From assembly GCA_947503245.1 (NCBI GenBank), contig CANNCV010000003.1:6283-70282 (forward strand): a stretch of 64,000 bases of DNA. Reading direction: 5' to 3'. Shown here piece after piece: positions 38,619-49,597 of this stretch; position 1 is the first letter of the stretch, and each line of letters begins with the position of its first letter. The notes beneath the pieces are model-generated. The model searched no databases. It was not told where the DNA came from and was given only the letters and a program-made list of their open reading frames with translations. The DNA is from an uncultured Sphingomonadaceae bacterium. GTDB lineage: Bacteria > Pseudomonadota > Alphaproteobacteria > Sphingomonadales > Sphingomonadaceae. Made by a program: the position numbers and the translations under genes.

Positions 38619-40400
38619 TTATACTGTTGTTGTCATAACAGGGATAACCGGCAAGTCCATAATCGTGTGATGATGATCGCTCTCAATCTTGAGGCCAGCC
38701 TCTAAAAGTCTTGCTTCGCCCAATAATAAAGCAAAGGCCCGCATTTCATCATTGCGCTTGTCTATCCTGCCGTCAGTCGCGGTGACTTTGCCGGAAAACT
38801 GTGCACGAACAATATTTTCATCTTTGCCAGTTTCGAAGGTAACGGTGATATGATCAGCATAGCCGGCCGCAAAATATTCGAACCAATGCGTAAGCGCTTC
38901 GCAAGTCTCTCGCCCCAACAGCAATTTGCCACCAGAATATATGTTAATTTCTGTGGCAACTGCAGGCACCATGACTTCAGTGACTTTATAAAGTGACTGC
39001 ACATATTCCGCCACGGGCGTGGCAGATGGTGCGGCTGTCGATGCATTGTCTTGCTCAAAATATTTCAGATGATGGAAATGCGACAGTAATATATCGCTGT
39101 CTCTCACGATAGTTTTCGCCATTTGACGATATTGCTGCGAAACAGGACCGAATAGCTGGCTTTCCAATATTTCGGCGAACCCCTTTAACGCACCAACAGG
39201 TGTACGCAATTCATGAATGAGTTGCCGATAATGGTCACTGCGCGATTCATTCACCACATCTGTCGCATCGCTTTCAGAGTGGCTCTGAGCTTTTGAAATT
39301 GCTCCCAAATAACCCACAAAGTCGCTGTTCTGATCAAATTGTGGATGAGCGGTCATTTGCAAAACCTGCCCTTCGCTATCCGGTAAGATAGTGAACCCCT
39401 TTTTGATCGCCATACGCATTGCAAAACGTTTGCACGTCGCTACATCGCAGCCCCAAATTGCCTCCTCAGCATTGTTGAAGAGATTGATACCCGTCAATTT
39501 ATCGTGACTGGCGACAATGATCATACCCTTTTGATCGGTTAGAAAGACCTGCTTCCGCTCCAGACCGTCCGGATTATCCAAATCATGAAATGGCAATTGC
39601 GTCATCGCATTGGGAAAAGCATCTTGCTGGCTTTTGCTTTTCTTAAAGGTCTCTATGCGGGCAACGATATCGCCAATATTCTGCTGCTTTTGCCGGCTTT
39701 GACCAGCGATAGACTGTTTACCTAAATGCGTGTCTTCAGCATCTGACGCGTTGAGCACCTCTGGCTGCTTTTCTTGATCATTCACATCCAGTATGAGCAA
39801 GTCTGCCGGGTTATCTGATGGTGACTGACCGCTTACAAAGCTTATCTTGTTAGTCTTTTCAGCAATGACATTTACAAGCTTTGCATCTGCTGTACCCAAC
39901 AAACCTTCACTTATAAGAAATTGCTGCGCTTTCTCTCCAAATAATGGCTGCATCGAACGCCATTGCTCTGGCGTGAATTGACATTTTTTGATCGCGGCTT
40001 GCTGTGTTGACGATTTCGAGAAAAGATAATTTAACAGTGCAGGTGATTGTATTGGCTTGTGAAGCTCATCTATTGCGTCACTCTTTTGCTGATCCGTCAT
40101 CCGTAATGACAATTGATGCAGCCTGGTAATCCCAGCGATCATTTGATCGGGAGAGAAGGAAATCCCGGTCTTTGGCTCAGCCTGCTTTGAATCATATCCG
40201 GGTATATTACTCAGCAAATCAAGAAGTTGCCGATATTGTACACGTGCTAATGCCCGCTCTGGCACAGGACCAGCTAGCACTGTCGATAATCTGTCATCAT
40301 AATAAGGCAGCACTGGTGGTTTTCCGGTATCGAATGTTAATAAATGCAGCTTAGCTGTGGTTTCCGGAAAGTTAAAGCCGCCATAAAAGGACCGTTGCAA
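38619..40400 (-). CDS. Cytoplasmic HisKA-domain protein (PleC/DivJ-like H-box) with degenerate ATPase domain; true start may be about 90 nt downstream
   Basis: HELRTPVGALKGFAEILESQLFGP H-box after a PAS-like region; no N, DxGxG or GxGLGL boxes; no TM segments. Confidence 0.7.
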   Translation of the reverse strand: MQRSFYGGFNFPETTAKLHLLTFDTGKPPVLPYYDDRLSTVLAGPVPERALARVQYRQLLDLLSNIPGYDSKQAEPKTGISFSPDQMIAGITRLHQLSLRMTDQQKSDAIDELHKPIQSPALLNYLFSKSSTQQAAIKKCQFTPEQWRSMQPLFGEKAQQFLISEGLLGTADAKLVNVIAEKTNKISFVSGQSPSDNPADLLILDVNDQEKQPEVLNASDAEDTHLGKQSIAGQSRQKQQNIGDIVARIETFKKSKSQQDAFPNAMTQLPFHDLDNPDGLERKQVFLTDQKGMIIVASHDKLTGINLFNNAEEAIWGCDVATCKRFAMRMAIKKGFTILPDSEGQVLQMTAHPQFDQNSDFVGYLGAISKAQSHSESDATDVVNESRSDHYRQLIHELRTPVGALKGFAEILESQLFGPVSQQYRQMAKTIVRDSDILLSHFHHLKYFEQDNASTAAPSATPVAEYVQSLYKVTEVMVPAVATEINIYSGGKLLLGRETCEALTHWFEYFAAGYADHITVTFETGKDENIVRAQFSGKVTATDGRIDKRNDEMRAFALLLGEARLLEAGLKIESDHHHTIMDLPVIPVMTTTV

Positions 40401-40433
40401 TATGAGACAATTGCGCTAAATAATAATATTATT

Positions 40434-40472
40434 ATGGTTAAAACCTACATTCTTTCATTAAATTACATTTAA
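40434..40472. promoter_or_regulatory. CtrA-like binding sites in divergent promoter region
   Basis: TTAA-ATTACAT-TTAA (40458-40472) plus ATGGTTAA (40434-40441, reverse complement of TTAACCAT); the region is AT-rich. Confidence 0.45.
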
Positions 40473-40521
40473 TGTAAGCGCTTTGGGCGATAATCACAAT
40501 TTTAGGCAAATGGGGTAAATC

Positions 40522-40998
40522 ATGGCTAATCACAATCTTGATGACATAGATCGCATGCTGCTGTCTGAGTTACAATCTGAAGGTCGCATAACCAATGTCG
40601 ATCTGGCAGTTCGGGTTGGTCTTACCGCTCCCCCATGTCTGCGCCGTGTGCGCGCCTTGGAAGAAGCAAAAATTATACGCGGTTATCATGCCGATATTGA
40701 CCCCGTTGCGCTTGGATATGCGATTACCGTTTATGCTATGGTCAGTTTGAAGAGCCAGGCCGAATATGCTCTGCGAGAATTTGAAGAACATGTCACTGCG
40801 TTAGAGGAAGTGCGCGAATGTCATATGTTGAATGGCGAAGTTGATTTTATATTGAAAATATTATCACGTGATTTGCAGAGTTTTCAGGAGTTTCTAACCT
40901 CCAAGCTAACCGTTGGCCCGCATGTGGACAGCATCAAAACATCTTTGACGATACGAACTTCTAAAAACCTGCCCGGCGTACCGTTTGAAGGCAAATAA
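40522..40998 (+). CDS. Lrp/AsnC family transcriptional regulator
   Basis: LDDIDRMLLSELQSEGRITNVDLA..VGLTAPPCLRRVRALE, ECHMLNGEVDFILK. Confidence 0.93.
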   Translation: MANHNLDDIDRMLLSELQSEGRITNVDLAVRVGLTAPPCLRRVRALEEAKIIRGYHADIDPVALGYAITVYAMVSLKSQAEYALREFEEHVTALEEVRECHMLNGEVDFILKILSRDLQSFQEFLTSKLTVGPHVDSIKTSLTIRTSKNLPGVPFEGK

Positions 40999-41030
40999 TC
41001 TAATCCAGTTATGATTTTATAGGTTTATAA

Positions 41031-41078
41031 AAAACCGGCGCAAATGGGTTTAGCCAATTTGCGCCGGTTTTGTTTTTT
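41031..41078. terminator. Bidirectional intrinsic terminator
   Basis: 15-bp perfect inverted repeat AAAACCGGCGCAAAT / ATTTGCGCCGGTTTT between convergent genes, with A- and T-tracts. Confidence 0.85.
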
Positions 41079-41094
41079 GAAGAGAGCTTGGTTA

Positions 41095-42396
41095 TCAACC
41101 AGCGGCAGGAGCCGCCGCACTCGCGGCAACTTGATTATCTACCCAGATGAGCCAGAATTTTGCCAAATCTGTACGCGCTCCGCCAACTTTTGCAAATGCG
41201 CCTTTCGCAGCGTCCCAATTGCCAGCCATGGCATTGCTAATGCCAATACGTGTATTTACCAGATCGCTATCTACGCCAGGTTTTTCAAGCGCGACATTGT
41301 ACAGCGCAATGGCTTCTGCATATTCACCATAACCCAAATATGCATCTGCGGTACCGATCGCAATACGTGGATTTGATGAACTGCGAGAGGACGCGCCGCC
41401 TGATGCCAAAGAACTGCGATCTTCTGCAACGCGCGATCTTGCCATGCCGAGCTGCTCACCAAAAAATTCATCGCCGGATTTTAGCGTGCCTTTGGCAATA
41501 CCTTCCTCAATGATACTAAGCACTTCACCTGGCAATCGCCTAGGATCAGCATTTTCAACATATTCTGCATAATCTCTTTCACTGACTAGGGCATTTGATG
41601 CCCGCATCAATCGCATGAGGTCAACATTGGTTTGTGAACCAAAGCCTGATGCATCACGAAATAAAACCAGCGCATCACGCCAGCTGGTTTTGTTGGGATA
41701 TGCAGCGACCCACTTTTGGCTCCATGCTGTCGTCGCTTGTGTGTTTTTTGCGTTATATGCACGGCGAACACCTCGCCGGTAATAATCTTCAGGTACCGCA
41801 GCACCGCTTTGCTGAATACGGCGTACTGTGGCTTCCAGCAGTTGTAAGCCTTCTTCGTTACGTCCCTGTTGAAAAACTGAATCAACATATAACAATTCTG
41901 TATTGTCGCCGTAATATCCACCATCGATAGCAGTCTTCAGACGGCTTTCGGCCAGTGCATAATCGCCCGCGCCATAGGCAAATCTACCGGAAGCTGAGCT
42001 TAGTCGCGGCATGTCTGTAGGTGAAACGCGCCCGCTGTCCAGCATCAAATCCAGACCTTTACGCTGAATAGAAGCGTCACTCTTCATACCGCCGAGTTGA
42101 ACATAAGCATTGCCCAGACGAAATTTTTCGTCCGTTGTGTTTGCAACCAAAGCAGCTTGACTTAATTGTGATTCAGTGGTGGCAGCATCTTTTGCGCCAA
42201 GCGCTGTCAAAGCAGCATTATAAGGTGTGATAAATTCGGGTGATAGCTGCTCTTGCGGCTGCTCATCCTTCTTTTTCTTCTTCTTCTTTTTCTTTTTTTG
42301 CGCAAAAGCTGCGTCTGCGGGCAGCAATACCGACGTCATTGCAAATCCGGACACAGCAAGGCCCAACGTTAAACTGTATAAAAAGTGTGTTCGCAT
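41095..42396 (-). CDS. Secreted TPR-like alpha-helical repeat protein
   Basis: Signal peptide, Lys10 tract, TPR-like helices (YLGYGEYAEAIALY, GNWDAAKGAF). Confidence 0.75.
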   Translation of the reverse strand: MRTHFLYSLTLGLAVSGFAMTSVLLPADAAFAQKKKKKKKKKKDEQPQEQLSPEFITPYNAALTALGAKDAATTESQLSQAALVANTTDEKFRLGNAYVQLGGMKSDASIQRKGLDLMLDSGRVSPTDMPRLSSASGRFAYGAGDYALAESRLKTAIDGGYYGDNTELLYVDSVFQQGRNEEGLQLLEATVRRIQQSGAAVPEDYYRRGVRRAYNAKNTQATTAWSQKWVAAYPNKTSWRDALVLFRDASGFGSQTNVDLMRLMRASNALVSERDYAEYVENADPRRLPGEVLSIIEEGIAKGTLKSGDEFFGEQLGMARSRVAEDRSSLASGGASSRSSSNPRIAIGTADAYLGYGEYAEAIALYNVALEKPGVDSDLVNTRIGISNAMAGNWDAAKGAFAKVGGARTDLAKFWLIWVDNQVAASAAAPAAG

Positions 42397-42566
42397 AAAA
42401 ACTCTCCAAAAATGCTTCGGCCAAGGCCGACCTAGATTTTGCGGCAGTATCTGCCTCCAGGGTTAATCCTATGATGCCATTATATGTAAGGTGCTCTGAA
42501 TAGAAATTGAATAGAAAGTTATTATCGCCTCTAGCGAAATCATAATATGTTATCTAGATTATCAAC

Positions 42567-43325
42567 ATGATTATACTCATCTCCCCAGCCAAATCGCTCG
42601 ATTTTGAGAGCCCTTCGCCCGTTGATACAATCAGCGAGATACCATTTCCCGAAAAAACCGAAGCCTTGGTATCGGCACTGAGCCGCTTTTCCGGCCCCAA
42701 ACTCAAAACCATCATGCCTGTTTCCGATGCTTTGATAGAACTCAATAGAAAGCGTTATAAAAACTTTTTCGAACAAGCTGAAAAACAAGCATTATTTGCC
42801 TATAATGGTGATGTCTATACAGGCTTTGATGCGGAAACTATAGATGAACCTGCCCTGGATTATGCGCAGAATCACTTGCGGATATTATCGGGTTTATATG
42901 GCTTGCTTCGCCCATTAGATCCTATTCGCCCACATCGCTTAGAGATGGGTACACGCTGGGCGCCGCGTCGCAAAAAACTTACTGATTTTTGGGGTGATGC
43001 TCCAGCCAAATCGGTTCAACACAGTGCAGCAGAAGCTGGTTCAAAAGCGATCATCAATCTGGCGAGCCAAGAATATTTTGCAGCAATTGAAACGGGCAGG
43101 AAACACATAACATTGCCGGTCATCACTATGGATTTCCGGCAAAATGGACCTGACGGACCCAAATTCCAGAGTTTTGCAGCAAAACGCGCTCGCGGCCTTA
43201 TGGCTCGCTATATTTGTGACAATCGCTTGGTAGAGCCGGAAGATATCAAGCATTTTGATGTTGATGGCTATGCATTTGATGCCGAAAACAGCGATCAACA
43301 TAGCTGGCGATTTATACGCACATGA
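42567..43325 (+). CDS. yaaA: Peroxide stress protein YaaA (DUF328)
   Basis: LISPAK, AYNGDVYTG, LRILSGLYGLLRPLD, RLEMG, INLASQEY, AKRARG. Confidence 0.93.
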   Translation: MIILISPAKSLDFESPSPVDTISEIPFPEKTEALVSALSRFSGPKLKTIMPVSDALIELNRKRYKNFFEQAEKQALFAYNGDVYTGFDAETIDEPALDYAQNHLRILSGLYGLLRPLDPIRPHRLEMGTRWAPRRKKLTDFWGDAPAKSVQHSAAEAGSKAIINLASQEYFAAIETGRKHITLPVITMDFRQNGPDGPKFQSFAAKRARGLMARYICDNRLVEPEDIKHFDVDGYAFDAENSDQHSWRFIRT

Positions 43326-44032
43326 CGTCACGGCGTCATGATGCCGTGGTCATAGGTGCAGGCGGTGCCATCGGCAGTGCATTGGCAAATAGTCTTGAAG
43401 AATCAGGCGATTACAACCACGTTTTCCGGTTATCGCGTCATTCGTCAGACGATCATTTTATCGATATCAGCGATGAGCAATCTATAGCAGATTGTGCACA
43501 ATTTGTCGCTGACAAGAACGCTAGCCCTAGCCTGATTTTGTGTGCCACTGGCATTTTGCATCAGCAAGACAAGCAGCCTGAAAAATCACTGCGCGAACTG
43601 GATGGCGAGTGGCTTTCCCATGTATATCAGGTCAACGCCATCGGCCCTGCCATGGTGGCGAAACATTTTATGCCACTTTTGCCGCGCAAGGACCGAGCTA
43701 TATTTGCAGCGCTAGGCGCGCGCGTTGGCAGTATTTCTGATAATCATCTTGGTGGATGGTATGGCTACCGAGCCTCCAAAGCCGCTTTGCATATGTTTAT
43801 CCGCAATATTGCTATTGAATGGGTTCGCAAAAATCCAGCAGCCCTTGCCATTGCTATTCATCCGGGAACCGTTGACTCATCTCTCAGCGAACCTTTTCAA
43901 CGCTCTGTCCCCGATAATACATTATTTACACCGGCATATTCTGCTGAGAAAATGCTTCGCGTTATCAAACAGTTAAATCCTGCACAATCTGGCAAGGCCT
44001 TTGCTTGGGATGGTCAGGAAATCACGCCATAA
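43322..44032 (+). CDS. SDR oxidoreductase (C-factor CsgA-like)
   Basis: GAGGAIG, QPEKSL, ARVGSISDNHLGGWYGYRASKAAL, HPGTVDS. Confidence 0.9.
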   Translation: MTSRRHDAVVIGAGGAIGSALANSLEESGDYNHVFRLSRHSSDDHFIDISDEQSIADCAQFVADKNASPSLILCATGILHQQDKQPEKSLRELDGEWLSHVYQVNAIGPAMVAKHFMPLLPRKDRAIFAALGARVGSISDNHLGGWYGYRASKAALHMFIRNIAIEWVRKNPAALAIAIHPGTVDSSLSEPFQRSVPDNTLFTPAYSAEKMLRVIKQLNPAQSGKAFAWDGQEITP

Positions 44033-44177
44033 TATCATACATGGCTTGCTGAGAACCAGCTTATGATGCACCCGCAAATTAGCTGTCGATAAACCCTCTC
44101 CTTTAGGCTCTATGGCTGGTCAAAGACCGGTCAATCGCCTAATAATTATGGGAGTTTTTTGATAGGATATTTCTATA

Positions 44178-46931
44178 GTGACGGATGACCCCATTGGCCC
44201 TGAAAGTTTTGATCCAGGACCATCTGACATAGCGCCAATCGATATTGTCGACGAGATGAAGTCCAGCTATCTGGACTATGCCATGTCGGTTATTGTCAGC
44301 CGCGCCTTGCCTGACATCCATGACGGTCTAAAGCCGGTTCACCGCCGTATCCTCTGGACCTGCCGCGAAAACAGCTATTATTTTAACCGGCCTTATCGCA
44401 AATCTGCGCGTATTGTCGGTGATTGCATGGGTAAATACCACCCGCATGGCAATCAGGCGATCTATGACGCTCTTGCGCGCCTTACACAGCCTTGGTCGAT
44501 GCGGGTTCCTCTCATTGATGGTCAAGGCAATTTCGGATCAATGGATCCTGATCCGCCAGCAGCAGAACGTTATACCGAAGCACGCTTGGCAAAGGTCGCC
44601 AACTTCCTGCTCGATGATCTCGATAAAGATACTGTTGATTTTACGCCAAATTATGATGGTAGCGAGCATGAACCTCAGGTTCTCCCTGCCCGCTTCCCCA
44701 ATTTGCTGGTCAACGGCGCTGGCGGCATCGCTGTCGGTATGGCAACCAATATTCCGCCGCACAATTTGGGCGAAGTAATCAACGCCTGTTTAGAATTAAT
44801 GGACGATCCGACCACCAGTGACGAACGGCTAATGGAAATTGTTCCCGGCCCTGATTTTCCGACTGCCCCCTTAATCTTAGGCAATGCTGGCGCGCGCTCG
44901 GCTTACACAACTGGCCGCGGATCTGTTCTTATGCGCGCTCGGCACACTATTGAAGAAAGGCGCGGCGAAAAGCGTTCTATCGTATTGACCTCCATTCCTT
45001 ATCAAGTTGGCAAATCTGGACTTGTTGAAAAAATAGCAGATGCTGCCAAAGACGGCCGTATTGAAGGTGTGTCAGACATCCGCGATGAATCGAGCCGAGC
45101 CGGTGTGCGCGTCGTGGTCGATCTAAAACGCGATGCTACGGCAGAAGTCGTGTTGAACCAATTATGGCGTCATACGCCAGCCCAGACCGGTTTCCCGGCA
45201 AATATGCTGGCTATCCGCAATGGCCGCCCAGAGACATTTACATTGCGCACGGCCCTTACAAGCTTTGTGAGCTTTCGTGAGCAAATCATTACGCGGCGTA
45301 CAAAGTTTGAATTGAAAAAGGCACGTGACCGCGCACATATCTTGCTCGGTCTTGTTGTTGCAGTCACCAATTTAGATGAAGTCGTGAAGATTATTCGCGG
45401 TTCATCCAGCCCTGTTGAAGCGCGGGGCACATTGCTGGCACGCAAATGGCCAGTAGCAGAGATTGCACCTTATATCCGCTTGATCGAAGCTTTAGAGAGC
45501 GATGTCGAAGGTGATAGCTATCAATTAAGCGAAGCCCAGGTGCGCGCAATTCTTGATTTGCGCTTGCATCGCTTAACCGCTCTGGGGCGTGATGAAATCG
45601 GCAATGAATTGAAAACTCTCTCCGATGATATCGCTGAATATCTAGCAATTTTGGGTGATAGAGAGAAACTCTATGCCGTCATGCGCGAAGAGCTGATTGC
45701 CGTGCGTGAAGAATTTGCCACGCCGCGCGTTAGTGAAATCATGCCGGCCTGGGATGGTTTAGATGATGAAGACCTGATGGAACGTGGTGACATGGTCGTC
45801 ACAGTTACCCATGATGGCTATATTAAACGTACTGCGCTGGAAACCTTCCGTGCGCAAAGGCGCGGCGGCAAAGGCCGTGCCGGCATGTCGACCAAAGATG
45901 AAGACGTCGTGACGTCACTTTTTGTGACCTCTACCCATACGCCGGTGCTGTTCTTCTCCAACCACGGTCAGGTTTACCGTCTGAAAGTGTGGAAATTGCC
46001 GGAAGGTGGCCCGCAAACACGTGGCCGCCCGATGGTCAATTTGCTGCCCTTAGCGCAAGGCGAGACCATATCGACAGTGCTGCCGCTTCCGGAAGACGAG
46101 GATGAGTGGGAAAATCTGCATGTCATGTTTGCCACGGCAAAAGGCACGGTGCGCCGCAATTCCATGGCGGCATTCACCAACATCCCTTCCAATGGCAAGA
46201 TTGCCATGCGTTTTGATGATGATAGCGACGATCGCTTAATCGGTGTCGAACTGTTGACGGAAGATGATGATGTCTTGCTTGCAACGCGTCTGGGTAAAGC
46301 CATTCGCTTTGGCGCGACACAGGTTCGCGAATTTCAGAGCCGAACATCGCAAGGTGTGCGCGGCGTAACCTTGAAAGGCGACGATGAGGTCATCTCGCTG
46401 TCCGTATTGCGCGGCGTTGATGCGACACCTGACGAACGCGATGCCTATCTGCGCAGCGCTGCGTGGAAGGAAAATGACACAGCGTCAACTTTGTCTGATG
46501 AGAAAATGCAGACATTGGCCGAGAGTGAAGACTTTATCCTGACTGTTTGCGCCAATGGCTATGGCAAGCGTTCTTCGGCCTATGAATATCGTCAATCAGG
46601 ACGCGGCGGCCAAGGCATTGCCAATATTGACAATATCAAACGCAATGGCCCGGTCGTAGCCAGCTTCCCTGCCGCTAATGGCGAGCAATTGATGCTGGTC
46701 ACCGACCAGGCCAAGCTAATCCGTATCAATATTGACGGTATGCGGGTTATTGGGCGCAACAGCTCTGGTGTAAAACTGTTCGATGTTGCCAAGAATGAGC
46801 ATGTGGTCAGCGCAGCACGCATTCAGGAAAGCGATGGTGAAGACGATGACGAGGCGGATGGCGATTTGGAAGCGCCAGAAGGTGAAGCAGATGGCGCGTC
46901 GAATGATGAGAACAGTTCAACTGAGGATTAA
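44178..46931 (+). CDS. gyrA: DNA gyrase subunit A
   Basis: [23 protein letters not shown], GyrA box QRRGGKG, C-terminal beta-pinwheel and acidic tail. Confidence 0.97.
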   Translation: MTDDPIGPESFDPGPSDIAPIDIVDEMKSSYLDYAMSVIVSRALPDIHDGLKPVHRRILWTCRENSYYFNRPYRKSARIVGDCMGKYHPHGNQAIYDALARLTQPWSMRVPLIDGQGNFGSMDPDPPAAERYTEARLAKVANFLLDDLDKDTVDFTPNYDGSEHEPQVLPARFPNLLVNGAGGIAVGMATNIPPHNLGEVINACLELMDDPTTSDERLMEIVPGPDFPTAPLILGNAGARSAYTTGRGSVLMRARHTIEERRGEKRSIVLTSIPYQVGKSGLVEKIADAAKDGRIEGVSDIRDESSRAGVRVVVDLKRDATAEVVLNQLWRHTPAQTGFPANMLAIRNGRPETFTLRTALTSFVSFREQIITRRTKFELKKARDRAHILLGLVVAVTNLDEVVKIIRGSSSPVEARGTLLARKWPVAEIAPYIRLIEALESDVEGDSYQLSEAQVRAILDLRLHRLTALGRDEIGNELKTLSDDIAEYLAILGDREKLYAVMREELIAVREEFATPRVSEIMPAWDGLDDEDLMERGDMVVTVTHDGYIKRTALETFRAQRRGGKGRAGMSTKDEDVVTSLFVTSTHTPVLFFSNHGQVYRLKVWKLPEGGPQTRGRPMVNLLPLAQGETISTVLPLPEDEDEWENLHVMFATAKGTVRRNSMAAFTNIPSNGKIAMRFDDDSDDRLIGVELLTEDDDVLLATRLGKAIRFGATQVREFQSRTSQGVRGVTLKGDDEVISLSVLRGVDATPDERDAYLRSAAWKENDTASTLSDEKMQTLAESEDFILTVCANGYGKRSSAYEYRQSGRGGQGIANIDNIKRNGPVVASFPAANGEQLMLVTDQAKLIRINIDGMRVIGRNSSGVKLFDVAKNEHVVSAARIQESDGEDDDEADGDLEAPEGEADGASNDENSSTED

Positions 46932-46954
46932 ATTTTGAGAGGTTAAGCGGGACT

Positions 46955-46978
46955 GCGCGGGTTCATCCGCGTTTTTTT
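46955..46978 (+). terminator. Intrinsic terminator after gyrA
   Basis: CGCGG-GTTCAT-CCGCG followed by T7. Confidence 0.65.
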
Positions 46979-46988
46979 CCATCATCTT

Positions 46989-47690
46989 TTATCCTATCTG
47001 CACTGCTCGATCGGCTCTCAAAGCCCGCACTACGCCCGTGCAGATCATCAATTGCCCGATATAATATAGCGGCCAGACAAGTATGCTTGCCAGCTGAAGA
47101 TTATCTAACGTTCCCATAGAGAGAATTGCTAGCATATCATATATGACAACTAGAATGACGCCAATACCCACTTGATAGCGAGGATAGGCACTAGTCCATG
47201 CCGTGACAATCATCATGCCAACTGACAATCCATATATGAAAGTGAGCCAGGTTCCATCTGGGTTACTGAAGGCGAAAATAACGGTGAATACGGCGAAAAT
47301 CAAAAAATTCGTGAAAATTGATTGGCCCTTAGTAAATTTACCACCGTGATAATGATCGAACATAATAATCGCAGAAATATGCGCCGCAAAAAAAGCTGCT
47401 CCGCCCCATACCATATCAATGATAATCAAAGCATCGCCAAGTGCAGACAGGGCCAGATAAAGCACTAGGAAAAGAGCCTTTTTACCCGATAAACGCCGCA
47501 AAGCATAAGCGGCCAAGCTGGCCACGGCGCCCGCTTTCCACACCATTAAGAAAACATCGCCCAGACTGCTATCACGCAGAAAGGGGAATCCAATAGCCAA
47601 TATCAGACTTAAAACCAGAAATGGTCTGTCTTCAGACAATGCGCGGCGCATTATAAAGCTCCTCCAGTGATGCAAATTTTGCATAAACAC
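46989..47690 (-). CDS. Lysoplasmalogenase-like membrane protein (YhhN family)
   Basis: WKAGAV, LSALGD, GGAAFFAAH, GVILVVIYD, LYYIGQLMI. Confidence 0.8.
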   Translation of the reverse strand: MFMQNLHHWRSFIMRRALSEDRPFLVLSLILAIGFPFLRDSSLGDVFLMVWKAGAVASLAAYALRRLSGKKALFLVLYLALSALGDALIIIDMVWGGAAFFAAHISAIIMFDHYHGGKFTKGQSIFTNFLIFAVFTVIFAFSNPDGTWLTFIYGLSVGMMIVTAWTSAYPRYQVGIGVILVVIYDMLAILSMGTLDNLQLASILVWPLYYIGQLMICTGVVRALRADRAVQIG

Positions 47691-47734
47691 TCAAAAGAAT
47701 TGCCGCAACAGCTGCTTATTGGCATAGGGCTTAA

Positions 47735-49096
47735 ATGCAAAATGTTACGCAAAAATATGATGTCCACATTATTGGCGGCGGACTGGCTGGTTCAGAAGCT
47801 GCATGGCAGCTGGCTAAGGCTGGCGTAAAAGTCCGTTTGTCAGAAATGCGTGGATCGGGTGAGATGACCCCTGCCCACCAAACCGATGGCTTGGCTGAAC
47901 TGGTCTGCTCCAACAGCTTCCGCTCTGATGATGCAGAGCGCAATGCGGTCGGTCTGTTGCATTCGGAAATGCGGCAGCTTGATTCTATAATCATGCACTG
48001 CGCAGAACTGGCCAAAGTGCCCGCAGGGTCCGCCTTGGCTGTGGACCGCGATATATTCTCAGATCATGTTTCCAAGATATTGAATGAACATGAAAATATT
48101 GATGTTGTTAGAGAGTGCGTTAAACAATTGCCCGAAGCGGGTTTAACAATTGTTGCCACTGGTCCTCTTACAGCGCAGTCATTGGCAGAAAGTATTGGCG
48201 CAGCGACAGGCAGTGACGCCCTCGCCTTTTTTGACGCTATCGCCCCCATCGTCCATCATGACAGTATTGATATGGACATTGCATGGAAGCAATCCCGCTG
48301 GGACCGGGGAAGCGAAGATGGCGATGGCAAAGACTATATCAATTGCCCAATGAACAAAGATCAATATCTTACCTTCCATCAGGGTTTGATGGATGGCGAA
48401 AAGACAGAATTTAAGGAATGGGAACAAAATACCCCGTATTTTGAAGGCTGTATGCCGATTGAAGTCATGGCGTCACGCGGGGTTGATACCCTGCGCTATG
48501 GCCCGATGAAACCGGTCGGCCTTGATGATCCGCGCACTGGTCGCTGGCCCTATGCGGTGGTGCAGCTGCGACAAGATAATAAATTGGGCACATTGTGGAA
48601 TATGGTCGGGTTTCAGACCAAATTGAAATATGGCGCGCAAGTAGAATTGTTCAGAACAATTCCTGGCCTAGAAAATGCAGAATTTGCACGATTGGGCGGT
48701 CTTCATCGCAACACATTTATCAATTCACCAACCTTGCTGGACCGGCAATTGCGGTTAAAGTCAGCGCCGCATATACGCTTTGCCGGCCAGATCACTGGCT
48801 GCGAAGGTTATGTTGAGAGCAGCGCAATAGGCCTTTTGGCAGCGCGCATGGCCTTAGCAGAATTGCGCAACCTGCCTTTTGAAACACCGCCATTTACAAC
48901 ATCATTGGGCGCTTTATTGGCGCACATTACGGGCGATGCAGATGCCAGTGATTATCAGCCAATGAATATCAACTTTGGTCTTTTCCCCCCTATTATGGGC
49001 AAAAAGATACCGAAGAAACAGCGTAAAGAGGCTTATACAGCAAGGGCAAGAACCGATTTGACCCAATGGATGACGTCATTAGCGCCATACGGCTAG
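47735..49096 (+). CDS. trmFO: tRNA (uracil-5-)-methyltransferase TrmFO
   Basis: [53 protein letters not shown]. Confidence 0.96.
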   Translation: MQNVTQKYDVHIIGGGLAGSEAAWQLAKAGVKVRLSEMRGSGEMTPAHQTDGLAELVCSNSFRSDDAERNAVGLLHSEMRQLDSIIMHCAELAKVPAGSALAVDRDIFSDHVSKILNEHENIDVVRECVKQLPEAGLTIVATGPLTAQSLAESIGAATGSDALAFFDAIAPIVHHDSIDMDIAWKQSRWDRGSEDGDGKDYINCPMNKDQYLTFHQGLMDGEKTEFKEWEQNTPYFEGCMPIEVMASRGVDTLRYGPMKPVGLDDPRTGRWPYAVVQLRQDNKLGTLWNMVGFQTKLKYGAQVELFRTIPGLENAEFARLGGLHRNTFINSPTLLDRQLRLKSAPHIRFAGQITGCEGYVESSAIGLLAARMALAELRNLPFETPPFTTSLGALLAHITGDADASDYQPMNINFGLFPPIMGKKIPKKQRKEAYTARARTDLTQWMTSLAPYG

Positions 49097-49554
49097 CAAG
49101 CGCATCTGGGCTTTTTACGGGCCTTTGGTTTGGTTGTTGCAAATTCTTCCGGGGTTAACTCACCATCTGCGTCGGCATCGGCACTTGCGAACCGATTTGA
49201 TGTGCGCACCGCCCATTCTTCAAATGTCAGCAAATTGTTGCCATCCTTATCCAGCTTGCGAAAATCTGCTGTGCGCGAAGCCATCATTTCCATGCGGGTA
49301 ATAATCTTATCAAAGTTACGATCATAGCGGCCAAAACGACGCTGTTCCTTGGTAAGATTAGTGGCTTCTGGAGGTGCGGGGCCGACCAGCCCTTCTGTAT
49401 CAGCACTGGGCAATTCCAAAGGAGCTTCTGCAATTGGTTCGGGTGGTTCAGGAGCCAAAACAGGCTGTTCCTCTTGCGCTTGGCTGTAAAAGAAAAGAAA
49501 ACCACCCAGCATCAAGATTATCGACGCTATACCACCAACAAAATATTTGCCCAT
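49093..49554 (-). CDS. EF-hand domain membrane-anchored protein
   Basis: N-terminal TM; [36 protein letters not shown]. Confidence 0.85.
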   Translation of the reverse strand: MGKYFVGGIASIILMLGGFLFFYSQAQEEQPVLAPEPPEPIAEAPLELPSADTEGLVGPAPPEATNLTKEQRRFGRYDRNFDKIITRMEMMASRTADFRKLDKDGNNLLTFEEWAVRTSNRFASADADADGELTPEEFATTKPKARKKPRCAC

Positions 49555-49597
49555 ATATCCCTCCCTTGCGACTATGCGGAATAGTATCGCAGAGAAT

